NCBI GenBank assembly: GCA_013115145.1
Contig: JAAPAO010000056.1
Span: 35,718-99,717, forward strand
Direction: 5' to 3'
Length of the DNA: 64,000 nt
DNA from: Perkinsus chesapeaki ATCC PRA-425
Taxonomy: Eukaryota; Protista; Perkinsozoa
In this document: one piece after another, positions 47,734 to 60,020 of the stretch
Layout of the letters: the number at the start of each line of letters is the position of its first letter
Numbering within the stretch: the first letter of the stretch is position 1
Made by a program: the position numbers and the translations under genes
The notes under the pieces: model-generated
The model's input: the letters and a program-made list of their open reading frames with translations, nothing else
Told to the model about the DNA's origin: nothing
Databases searched by the model: none

Positions 47734-50700
47734 CTAAGCTTTGAAAAAAGCTATAAACTTCTGCCAGACATCGCTCGTAGCAATGCCTATTATGAGGCCA
47801 CTGCCTAGCAGTAAGAAGATGATCCCAGTGGGACCAAGAAAGTAGACAGCCAGACCGCCGCCTACCGCGAGGCACGAAACTGTTAACCTGAAGCAGATAA
47901 ACAATTGTGTGAGGTGCAGCAATTTTGAGAGAATGTATGAGAGACGCTACTCACACGCGAGACTAGATCTTAGAATATAATGGAAATCCTTCTACCATAA
48001 CATTTACCGCCACCACAGGTATAATAGGGGCGCGGTGCCTTTCAGGAAATCTTTTGTGTGACATGTGCACGTCGTGAGCTGCACGCATGCGCACATGACG
48101 ATCAAAGATCCTTCGTCAGATGCTCATATAATTCACCAACATTGTATGATTGCGGATCTTTTACAAGCGCCGCTTCGAACGAGAGTTGTGATTCGAAATA
48201 AATAAATGTGCCAGTAACTATTTTACATTCGGAGAGGATGAGATGCAGGTGAAGGGTCATCACCCCGATCACTGAAGATATATTCAACGAGAGCTCCCCA
48301 GTTGACTGCCGAAATACCGTGACCAACTTTTCACTCCAAGACTCAGGATTGTTGTATTGCCGCACCGTAGGACCCTCCAATCTGTACGAGGCAGAAAGCA
48401 AGAGCAATGACTCACATTGCTTCCTTGCTGCTCAGCAACTTCATCACCGCATCGAACCTCGATTTCCTCGGATCATCGAGACATTCACCAATGTGATCTC
48501 GCAAGGGGTGGAAGACCAGGTCTCCAAGGGACAAGTCGGTGAAAAGCTGAGGGACTCTGCCATCCAAATCTAAGCACGAAAATCTAGTGCCGGCACAGCT
48601 TCACCGATCCTACCCTTCAGCGCAGCGTATCTTTGCGTCTCATATTCCAGTACAATAGCATCACCTAAATAGCACCTAAATGCTTCTGGAAAAGCGACCG
48701 TTTCCTACCGTATTGTTCAGCGCACTGCTCTCCTCCCCACCCGAGCTGCACGTCTATGTCAACATCGGACGGGTCGAATTTCCTGAACGTAGCCTTCTGT
48801 TTTCTCAGGGACACCACCAAGTCGTCGGCCTCCGCCTTGGAAGTCTTGGGCCCAAGGAGAACGCAATATCTGAGAAAAAACGTGATAATCGTCGGAGGAA
48901 AAGTCGGAATACTTCTAGCGAAGTGCGCATATCACCATGCTGGAAAGCGCAGTGTTCTGCCCACTTCCCACCAAGATAAGCGAACAAGAAACCGAACGGA
49001 GGTGATTCCCAGCTCATTCGTTCAAATCTTACATTTTCATCGAGTCCGCCACACCCTTAGCTGGTCGACACAGCTCCTTAACATTAAGCTGGTTGATCTC
49101 CAACGGCACTTCTCTCATCATCTCCGATAGTGTTTCCTCGATCGTTCTAGTCTTCAAATGCCGCGTAGTAACCTCTTCCCCGCCGTCTGCAAAATGACAA
49201 TAAAACCCCCGACAACCTTTGCAGCTTACACAACAGTCTGGCAACAATATCATTCCTCCGCTGCAACTCGTGATCGCCATTGACCACCAGAAACCTCATT
49301 GCGTGAGAAAATTTATATCTGAGAAAGAAGAGAATGCCAATTGAGCCCAGAGGGGGTCCCTACATCATCGCCTTCAACAAAGGAGTGGTATGAGCTGCAC
49401 GCGTGCGCAATACCATCACCGGCCGATCTGAAAGAAGCAGTCCTAATTTTCAGCGCGGTGATTCGCGTACCGCTCGCCAGCGCCGCCTCCTCCGCGGCGT
49501 CTGCAGTTTCCAGCGTAGTATACATAACCGGTAACTCATCGAGTATCCACCTAAACTAATGAGATGACCGCGCGCTACGAAATTCATGAAGAGCGTACCT
49601 CTTCAATGTGACCGGATTGATATCTGCTATGGGCATCAAGCTCGGGGGTATCTCCGGATGCGCTGGCATGAAACGGAAAATCGTTGGAGTTGTTCGGGGT
49701 GTTATTGGCAACGACTTGAACAACTGAAATGTGATGATTAAGCCGTGATTCTCGTATTATTGTTGATAATTAAAGGCTTCTGTAAATTCTAAGAAAATGA
49801 TATTCAAACAAATCTTTTGAAACTATAAAAAATGAAGGGTGAAGTTAACGGAAGTATAACCTGGAACGAACGCGAACGCGGAGAGCGACGCCTCCGGGAA
49901 GCATCTTGTTCACAGAAATGTGCCCATAATGCTGGACAGGTCGAAAAGTTTATTCTGTATTTGAATTTCCAAGCCAAGTGCAGGAGAGCTCTTCTATGCA
50001 TGTCGGAATCAATCCATTCCAACAGAAGATGGTTCCTTGAGGGTTCAACAACTGGGAATTTGGGCCAAACTACCTCAAAAGATTCTCATGAAAAATATAA
50101 AATACACAAGATACCAATATACATTCCGTATTTCGAGGTTTCTCCTCAACACACGATTGCCTGGCACATTTCCACACGATGAAGGTCTCACCCCTCTATC
50201 AGTCTGGGAATTAATCCTTCCAAACTTGATAAAGCCCTTAAGGTCACTGGCAACTTCATCCCATGCTGGAGCGATATGGTGACAATACTTATCCAAGTCC
50301 GAATACACCTGACACATAAGAAGGAGTATCGTTCACTCAGAAAGTCTTGATAAAAAGTTGACCAGAGAATTATTGGTCCCCTTCAGAGGTTCAAATGCAA
50401 TGTCGAAGGCGTCGTTGGAACTATTAATTTGACAATCGAACAGAAAACCACGAAGCTGAATGAACTTCAAAGCCAGTAAATGACTTCAATTCAAGAACGT
50501 ATATAAAACGCCAATAAGTAAGCCTGGCCATCATAGCCTGCTCAATCGCTCACCTCAACAATCCATATATCCACTGAGTGATCCATGATACTATGATAGT
50601 TCTCAGTGGTAAGCCTTGTTGAGTAATCACTCGGTATTGAATCATATCCACCTATTCGTGCATCGCTCCGCCTACCCTCGTATTTTTCCACCTACCTCTA

Positions 50701-51427
50701 TTAGTGTCATAAACCTTCCTCTTGTTCTCATCACCCAAAGTCTCATATGCCTTCGCTACCGATTGGAAGTGTGCCAGGCAGCTGTCGCAGTCGGGGTTTT
50801 TATCTGGGTGCCATTTCATGGCAAGCTTCCTATAGGCGTTTCGGATTTCCCCGTGCTTAGCCTTAGGATCCACATTTAGCACCTGTGTACAAATGAGAGT
50901 TGGCGTCGAATAGAAAACCCTAGACTAGTTTAAGTACAAAGCTAATGGGCTTTGGCTCACAGCAAACAACAAAGTAGTATAATTTCACATCACTTCATTT
51001 CATATTTTTCATTCCTAAAATGAATCAGTATATCATACGATATTTCATTTACTGTATACCAGCATTACACGGTATAATAAGTTAATATGAACACTAGGAA
51101 AGCTGACACTATACAACCCCCGGCGGGAACTATAATAGCAGAGAGTAGACAGTGTTCCTACCTGATAGTAATCCTCTTCTTGATCACCTAGTGACCATCC
51201 ACCCATCTCCTGATATGCTTCTTCTCCCATCTTAAGAGCGATTAACAGGGCTATAATCTACAAATAAAACAACACACATTCTTCCACCGGCTGAACCTCC
51301 TCGGCCACTCAAGAATTTCCGCATTCCCGACTAACGAATCCAAACCGTTATTCCCCACGACCCTTGAGCTTTCTGTCGTCCACTGAAGGCAAGCCAGTAC
51401 CATTATAACAATTTTAAGACGAACCAT
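47734..51427 (-). CDS. Secretory-pathway DnaJ + thioredoxin-like protein with C-terminal TM (DNAJC16/ERdj5-like; full extent inferred)
   Basis: Signal-like MVRLKIVIMVLAC; J domain DYYQ|VLNV...AYRKLAMKWHPDK; Trx-like YCHHIAPAWDEVASDLKGFIKFGRIN; hydrophobic terminal exon 47734-47900. Confidence 0.75.
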
Positions 51428-52192
51428 ATGTAAATTTCCTCGCGCGTGACACAAGATCCAACCACTCTAAACCATCACCCCCCTTCTCACCGGCAAAACA
51501 TATAGCAGCCATTTACAGTCCGACCAAGCGAACGCTTGCGGCTCACGGCGAGTCTCTGAACGTGACGGCACTACAATTACACCAACCATGTCCCTTACTT
51601 TTCTGCCGTTTGTCCGAACTCTCTCCCGCTGCTTCATCTCCAGAGCCCTCGGTGAGTAAATTGTCCTGACAACAAAATACTCATGGTCTACGAGTCATGG
51701 AAAAGTATCATTCGGAGGTGGGAGAGTTCCCTCAACTTGGAGCCCGGAGATATATTCGAACTTCTGTTGAAAAGCTGTTCCTAGTGCTAAATGAGACATC
51801 AGATGCATTTCTTGTGGGAACACTTGAATCAAGTGTTCTGAGTTTCCTTTATGACTAAAAATGGGCGTATAGGAGAGAATTATGATGACACAACTCAAGC
51901 TGAAGGGCTCGGTCTCAGCCCGTGTTTTAAACCTTTTAGAAACTGTACTTTGATGTCGTTGAGCAGCGAACAGGCCAACTGTACCAGCCATGCACGCGCG
52001 GCTGCTGTTGGACTTAAGTGAGGTCACCTCACAGTGTGTACACCAACTTAGTGTCACTAAGAATTCACTAGTGTATTAGTATCAGTGATTGACAATCACT
52101 TACAATGTAAGCGTTTCCCAGTTCTTTATAATCTCTCCGGTACTGCGGACAGCGCTTACGTAAGTACGCAAATTGCGTACATTTGATATCTG

Positions 52193-52415
52193 ATGTTCGA
52201 CGAAGGTTACTACCAAGCATTAAGTATATCCCGTCAGACTTCTCAGAAGGAAATAAGGCGGATATATCGCCGTGCCGTCTTTCCTTATCATCCCGGCCGA
52301 GTTTGCGCCGATTAGGGGGATCACGCTGACGCGTCCAACTACATTATTTGACTCTTGGCGTGTTGATTAACCTCTCTCAACCGAGCCAGAAGGCGATGAT
52401 TGGAAATAGGCCTAC
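52193..52415 (+). pseudogene. J-domain-like fragment (dispersed repeat copy)
   Basis: MFDEGYYQALSISRQTSQKEIRRIYRRAVFPYHPGR then a stop; DNA clearly similar to the reverse complement of 58950-59125 and 59430-59655. Confidence 0.6.
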
Positions 52416-53559
52416 AACATTGAATGTTGCAGGCTTCACACTATCCGCCGAAACTGAGACGTTAATAATGTCCAAAAGACCCGTAGTACTTCATGAGTGT
52501 GGCATAAGTCCTAGCCGTGCCGAATCGGCACTGCCGATTCGGATCGACCTATTTAGAGCGTTTGACGCGCAGCCTCTTTAGCCTTGACGGACGACGCTCG
52601 ATACGCAGCAATAGCCCTCGCTACAGTTGGCGAGACGAGGCTCTAAACCCTATGATATAGCTTCAGATACCGGGAAAATCCTAAAGTACACCGTCTATGA
52701 CCCTTGCCTCATGGCCCTGAGCTACAAATTGCAACTAATCACTATTTAGTGACTAGCATTCATGCATTGGCGTTAGTCACTAGCATTCATGCATTAGCGC
52801 TCTCTTCGGATGATATTGAGATACAAGGTGAGCACGGCGCTACTCATTATGATCTTCATGCACCAATACCGGTCAATATATAGGAGAGTGTTTCGAGGGA
52901 ATCGTGCGAGCTGCCGCGAACGACCGGAGCCCAGACCTCCAAAGTCTCCAGGAAGCAAAGAGTGGTCCGAGACATGTACGTAGGTATTAGCGTGGACTTC
53001 TCGTTCTCGATGACGAAAACGATAATGCATATAGCTGCTAGATAGCACTCGAGCGGCTCGAGTCGAGCCATTCGTGAAAATCATGTTTTGGATGAGATAT
53101 ACGGACATCTGCTGAAGAAGCATGTTCTACGACGTAGAATCAAAGTAAGTGATTCCATAATAAAATTTCCATCAACCCATCACCATGATGCAACGGTTGC
53201 ATTGCAACCTCTGACATGCATGTTAGAGATTCAACTCTTTCTGATCGATTCGAGAGGCACACAACCTTGAAGACTTCAAGTGGAAGTCAATGGTCTTGTT
53301 CTTCATGTTATAGGTGATAACCCCGCCAAGACTAAGTATTGCACGTTCATTCGTTACTGGAATGCAAGGGTCCGAAGCTATTCACGAAGTTCTGAAACCC
53401 TCTTTACAGGAAGGATTAGCGTAGGTCGGTTGATCCTCAAGCATATCAGACGGGTGGTCCGTCATATGTGAAACTAATCTGAATTATCTTTCAAAACCGT
53501 AAACGATCACTCCAATAATTAGCCTCACACTGCATACCTTAGCTTCATTCAAGCTATTC

Positions 53560-55350
53560 TACAATAGCACAGCTTTTTTATTACCTCCTCCTCCTCTCCA
53601 ATATCTTCCCGTCCATCCTTCTCTTCCTGTGCCCGTCTTGTTGATCCATGAAGTTTCTCTTTCTCTCTCTGGCGCAGCCTTCGCTGCTTACTCTTGCTCA
53701 GTTTCTTTGTCCCCTCGGCATCGGCTGCGGCTTCCTCGGGCGTATATCCTCTGAAATGTAATAAACTTTTTAAGCGTACCCGTGAAATCTTCCCGCTATT
53801 ACAAAACTTTACACTAGGGCTTGATTGGAATGCATAGAGACCCAGCTGGATTTAAGATGTAAGTAGATTTCTCAAAAACTCCTGGGAGCGTCACATCTAG
53901 TTTTTTCTACAAGACGCGTCGTCGAGAACTACGAGATCCATAAATGCTGGGTTTGGGGTAAGAGTATTCAGATATCAGTCTAGGACCAAAGTGTCGACTA
54001 TAATTGGAGCCGGACGTTCGTAACAAAATTTTCAATTCAAACTTGAGATGCTTCCGGAATTTCACTGCAACCGAATTTTTGAAGATGTAAGCTGCCCCTA
54101 AATCTCCCTCTACTACTTAGCATCTCTCGCATGTCCCTCCCCTTCTATATCTCCCTCTAATACTCCTTTATCCTCATCACTACTATCTTGCATATCGCCA
54201 GCGGCCTCAACCATGACGAAACTGGAGTCAGATTCCTCGGCTTCATCCGGCCTAGTATACATATTGCATCTGTCGGAAACTCTACTAGCTTTACCTATCC
54301 GACTTCTCCGTGGACATCGGCTCGCCATCAGCAGAAACGGAAGCCTAAAATTAAATCGTATTATCACCTTAGAAATATCAAAACCCTCTCAGTAGTTGCT
54401 CAATAATTCAAGAGTACTGACCCTGCCCCCGAATATACACCTATGAGTTCAAGAGATTCGGTGGCACTTTGACTGATTCGATTTCTTTTCAGAAAATGCC
54501 CGAAGTTTCAATTTATGTCATGTTTCAGAAAATCTCCAACAAAAATGCCTTTACTGAGCGCCCGTCAACGATTGTGTTGATCCATCCATGATTCATGGAC
54601 CGTGAAGCATCCATACTCATAGCGTTACCAAGCACGTGAACCTGATACACTCCACTTTACTACCTTCTTTCCCTTCTTATTCCTGCGACTATTGAACCTC
54701 CCACTAGGTGGAGGAACGATTCCGCTACATTCCTCGGGAAGGCCTAAAAGATATCCTTGCGCATCGGACGTCGAAGTCATAGCGAGAGCGCCATGCTCAG
54801 CTAGAAAAGTCTGCGATTCAGGATTAGCTCAATGCGCAATTGAAGCACGGATTCTATTGCTTGTATCCTACACGTTCTATCAGCGTTCTAATGATGAAAA
54901 CGAGGTTGTTCTGTATGAGCACTGCCATGACAATTCCTAATAGAGGAATTCCAAACTTTACTTCAACTCTGTCCTCAGAAATTCACATTTATTTTAGAAG
55001 TTTAAAGAAAAATAATACGTTAGTGAAGCATCTCAATATATCACATACAAGCCTATGAGACTCACGCAGTTCTAATTAGTTCACTAACTATTAGTAATTT
55101 ATAGTAACTTAGTAACTTGCTGTATCTTATAGTATAAGATATAGCACTCAATCCATCCCGAACAACAATTCAAGATATCACATAATTACACAAAAGATAC
55201 CACACAACCTTTCCTGTCCTCCCCCCCAGTACCTTCTCTAGATCCATCCGATTGTAACTGTGCCACCAGCTCACTAACATCAACTTCCTTTATATCATCC
55301 TCTTTCTTCTTGTTATTCGCCCCTCCTTTATTACGCGACTTCTTGGGCAT
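53560..55350 (-). pseudogene. Disrupted coding fragments (MPKKSRNK... at 55350; GYTPEEAAAD...KKLSKSKQRRLRQREK at about 53560-53750)
   Basis: Coding-like K/E-rich segments separated by a duplicated block; no intact model could be built. Confidence 0.3.
54140..54720. repeat. Segment A, direct repeat of 62505-63060
   Basis: Visible long matches such as atcctcatcactactatcttgcatatc, aaactggagtcagatt and ttactaccttct. The minus strand encodes MYTRPDEAE.SDSSFVMV in both copies. Confidence 0.9.
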
Positions 55351-55686
55351 GAAAAAATAGACAAAGGCGCGAACTACCAATACTATACTATACGAGACCG
55401 CTAGCTAAAAGAACTGAAACTGTCCGATCTAGATTCACACGATTTTTTCACAAGGAGTCAATGGTCGAATAAGAATGACTCGCCCCCTCAACCATCTAGG
55501 AGCCAATTCACAACCGTATCATCCACACAGCCTTCCACTGCTTTTTTGAAAATAGGCATCTTTCCCCTAACCTCTCACCATCTCACCTACCTCCTACTAC
55601 CCTATCTCACCCTCCTAGTAATTCTAATGAACCAAACACATCCTCAATCAACACAGTAACACTTCCATTGACATCATTCATGCTGC

Positions 55687-56925
55687 CTATTCAAGCATGA
55701 CCTTCGGTGGCTCCAAGCTCAAACTCGAACCGCCCATTCTGCCCTGCTCTGTCACTTCCATAGAGACTCCAGGTGCGGCTGTTGTGCTCACTAGAGGTGC
55801 GCTCGAGACAATGTCCGTAGTCCAGAACTTATAGACTTTGCCATTGAAGGTGAGATCGCAGTTGGAATACGCCATTTTGTCTTCTGTGCCCAACATGGTG
55901 AAATTGGTACCATCGAAGTTATACAGGTGATAAACAGCCGGGGTCATCGCACGCTCTGCATCACTTTTGTAACTGATCATAGCAACCTGGGATGAATCAC
56001 ATCTCGTGTTGGCTGGACGCGGTTACACGTCTATCATCTACAAAGACACCCGTGTCGAGCGGATGTTAGTACCAATTACTAAGCAACTAATAGTCCATTA
56101 GCTATAGCCGTGATTCTTACCAACAGAAAGTTTTTACCATCTGTACACTAATTTGCTACTTGCATCCACTGTCGACCCACTGAAAAGCTCAGCAGGAGGC
56201 TCAGGTTTTCACTCGTGAAAATGCGCTGTACCGGAAATCCCCATATCATTCATATTCCCGAAAACTGTCCTACTCCCAGCTACTACAATTCAATCGCAGG
56301 TTTCTTAGCCGACACTTCCAAAATCTCCTTCATGTCACCGTATACGTACTTCCCAATAGCAGCAACTGAAAAAGAGAAATAGGAAGCTTCCCATTTCAGT
56401 TGTATCACGTCTCGTAGGACGGAGCTTCAGACGTCCGTCTAGCCCGACCAGCTCTCCACTCCCTCCAGCCTTAGTTAGCTTTACAACGTCTAAGCCTGAC
56501 GAAATAAAGAGATATTTGCTAATAGATACAACAGAAGCACCTAAGCATACCCTTTACTGGGTAAGACACGCGTACTTCCGATAAAAAGAACAGTACTGTA
56601 AGCAATAAACGCAAAAGTATTAAAAATGTACAATAAGATGGACTCAACGTGAATTTTACAAAATCATTTGTCCTACCAAAAATATCCTCAGCCTTCGACA
56701 GGTCCAACCCTCCACCCCCAGTAGCTTTATAAGGAACACTGCGCAGCTCCTGTATATGGCCGTCTTTCCGAAATACAGTTCTAATAAGAGGCTAATCAAA
56801 CAGCTATCCGACATCCTACATTCGATCGACTTCCTCCTTGCTGTAGTGGAACCAGAACCATACGGTAGCATTGTTACCCCAAGTGCCAGTATAGTCATTC
56901 TTAAAGGTAGCAGCTGACACAACAA
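55687..56925 (-). CDS. Probable multi-exon hypothetical gene, possibly decayed
   Basis: Coding-like exons DLSKAEDIFGRTNDFVKFTL and MTPAVYHLYNFDGTNFTMLG...; splicing not resolved. Confidence 0.35.
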
Positions 56926-57000
56926 TCTTCAGCCACATCCACTTAACCTATTTACTGGCATCCTCGCTCTTTCTTGGAGGTGGTGGACACTTCCCTCGTT

Positions 57001-57567
57001 CCTCCTGTAAACCGCTGCTCAGTCGATGCACCTCTCTCTACACATCCAAACTAAATTCGCCCTATTACTCTATTCCCTACCTTCTCCTCAAATTCATTTC
57101 CATCAACTTCTATCAAACCAGTAGCAAGATCCCGCGTGGCAGTGATATCTGCGACGTTAACTATTGACAGTGCGCTCGCAGGCAGCATTACATTGTCCAG
57201 TTTTGGTGTTGATAAGGACGAACCTCTCTCCCTTGAAATCAGAACAGTAGAAAAACTCCGTAGAGTTCTTAGCAAATGCGTCATCAGCAGGGTCGTATTT
57301 TCCTCTAAGAGACAAGCCATACGCTTCCTCCTCCCCAACCTCGCTTTTTACACTGTCACAATTGGTGCGGATTTGTGGAACCTCCAAAGGGTATCTCCAT
57401 CTGGGCCAAGGAAGTCGCCACCCCGAATGACTGGATGGAAAGATTCACTATCAGCGCACTTAACCACCTAAGCTACCGTTTTGGGCGAAGCATACAAGAT
57501 TCAGAGCCTTCCCGTTGATACTGCCCGAACTTGTTTTCATGCCGATGTCGATCGTAGAATCTAGCAC
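57001..57567. repeat. Segment B, direct repeat of 63081-63693
   Basis: Visible long matches such as accgctgctcagtcgatgcacctctctctacacatccaaact and ggatggaaagattcactatcagcgcact. Confidence 0.9.
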
Positions 57568-58565
57568 TAGCTAATAACAACGATCTCGACCAGTATATCG
57601 CTTACCTGGGAATATGTTAGGCAGCCTCAAACGCATCTTTTGGTCGGGATCATCATTCATGTACTCCACACTGTCCTTTTCGGTTACTTCTGTTTTGTCC
57701 TGGAAGCGACTGAAAATTGCGCGACTGTCAATCGCGTTTCTCAAAGGCACTCCTACACTCCAGCAATTGCGGCGTTCTCGTGATCCACGAAAACCCAAAA
57801 GGGCGTCCCGTCAGCAGTGACCGCAACAACGTCCGATCTCGCAGCTGAATAGAGGCCTAGGGAGTGACTTGCGATCGTAGTGGGGGCCTACCAAGCCATG
57901 GGTTGACCGCACAATTGACGCTGCCGATGAGAAATTGTACTAGAAACGCTTGAGAGCGGTGCATTTATGAAAGTGTTAAGGAGGGGCCTGTGAAAACTTA
58001 ATGGTGAGATGGTTGTAACTCCGAGTTACTAACCCGGCGAAATCAATGGATTCCAAACAGCGCAGCAATTTAGCGCTCGCCCAATATTGCGCGCGGAAGT
58101 CGTGTTCGTTCGAACGGGAGTTTACAGTGTTCCGAGAAGTTTCACTAAAGTGTCAGCTTACGATGTAGCTTTTAGTGACGGTTCATACAAGGCATACGAG
58201 AGCAATGAACAAAAGTCTGACACCCTGATCTGTTTGGGTTTCTGATTATTTTGTACACCATTAGATAGCTCTCAACTCGAAACCCTGGATCGAGGATAAG
58301 TATCACCTTAAGGGTGACGACATGTCAAAATAATCTATCCAATACGTTCTATACACCCCGAATACACAACACCCCTTCGTTGTGAACAAATGTATGTCAT
58401 ATATACCACACGGAATACTTCATTGAAATGCACGTTTTAACGAGTATAAGGACTACAATATGAGCAGGCAGCCGCATGTAGATCGATCAAAGTGAATGTT
58501 GCGATACTAAATGCTGCATTACAAAGAGAATATCTAGGAAGCGTTAGGACTATATCTAAATATCC

Positions 58566-60020
58566 TCAGTCCAGACCACACACATCGTCCGAGTTTTCCT
58601 TCGTGGCGTGATGACGTGGTATGACCAGATGGAGAGCCTTCTCGCCGTCGTCGTTTTTCCAGTTGTTGTCGACATAGGTGGACTTCAGGCGAGGCCCGCG
58701 CGGAGGTGTAGTCGAATATCCACTTTCGTCAAATGAAGAATCATATTCCGATCCAGTAAAAGACGGGCGCTTGGATGATGATGACGCCGAGCTTGACGGT
58801 TTCGTCAAGCTTGCGACAAGGGGGGATTAAATTGAGTTAATCCGATTAAGATGAAGCCACTCGACGTTCCTGAAAATATGAGCCTTCAAAACGGTTGAAC
58901 AACTCACTCTCTTTTTCTCGCAGTGATCGTCGAAGTCTTCGATATGAGGATAATGTAGTTGGACGCGTCAGCATGATCCTCCTAGTCGGCACAAACTCGG
59001 CCGGGATGATGAGGAAAGAGGGCACGGCAATATGCGGGCAATATGCCCGCCTTATTTCCTTTTGAGAAGCCTGACGGGATATACTTAAGGCTTGGTAGTA
59101 ATCTTCGTCGAACATCAGATATCAAAACTGCCTTAACTACAGCACCGCTGAGGTGGAGTCAGTTCAAGATCTCGAATGCCGCAGGTACACGGCCATAGTT
59201 TCCTCTATCGGTCGATGTTGCTGATGAATTACCCGCAGCCAAGCCACTTAGAAGCAAATCGCGACCAGCCAGGTTATCATTGCACCATTCTGATACAGTG
59301 GGAATGATGCCAGCACCAGCATAACCACAGACCGCCATTTTGTCATCACCCTCTCATAGATCTTTGACACTGGGGCCGTACTATTCCTGCACGCTCGTCC
59401 CGGAACTTGTGCCACTTGCGGACCTCAGCCTATTTCCAATCATCGTCTTCTGGCTCGGTTGGGAGAGGTTCATCAACACGCAACGTCGAATAACGTAGTT
59501 GGACGCGTCAGCATGATCCTCCTAGTCGGCACAAACTCGGCCGGGATGATGAGGAAAGAGGGCACGGCAATATGCCCGCCTTATTTCCTTTTGAGAAGCC
59601 TGACGGGGATATACTTAAGGCTTGGTAGTAATCTTCGTCGAACATCAGACATCAAAACTGCCTGAACTATAGCACCGCTGAGGTAGAGCCAGTCTAAGAT
59701 CTCGAATGCCGCAGGTACAAAGCCATAGTTTTCTCTATCGGTCGATGTTGCTGATGAATTACCCGCAGCCAGGCCACTTAGAAGCAGAACGCGACCCGCC
59801 AGGTTATCATTGCGCCATTCTGATACAGTGGGAATGATGCCAGCAGCAGCATAACCACAGACCGCCATTTTGTCGTCACCCTCTCACATATCTTTGACAA
59901 TGGGGCCATACTATTGCTGCACGCTCGTCCCAGAACTTAGGCCACTTGGGGACCTAGGCCTGTTTCCAATCATCGTCTTCTGGCTCGGTCGGGAGAGATT
60001 CATCAACACGCAACGAGTCA
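58566..60020 (-). repeat. Tandem duplication with a 530-bp period carrying decayed J-domain-like starts at 59115 and 59645
   Basis: 59130-59485 matches 59660-60015. The ATG TTC GAC GAA GAT TAC TAC starts lie 530 nt apart; a coding-like exon follows at 58566-58808. Confidence 0.85.

Noticed and set aside
48078-48095. Recurrent GCACGCATGCGCA-like motif (also near 19205, 24335, 63895)
   Set aside because: Few copies in mixed contexts (intron, intergenic); enrichment cannot be shown.
51389-51427. VLAC in the DnaJ-Trx signal peptide as a lipobox (LspA substrate next door)
   Set aside because: Cys is at position 13 and Leu at -2 is non-canonical; too weak to claim.
52164-52180. Hairpin gtacgca-aat-tgcgtac at the edge of the J-like fragment
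   Set aside because: 7-bp arms are expected by chance, and no paralogue covers the site for comparison.
59500-59870. Retrotransposon protease reading (…IMLTRPTTL)
   Set aside because: No D[ST]G motif and no gag, RT or integrase nearby.
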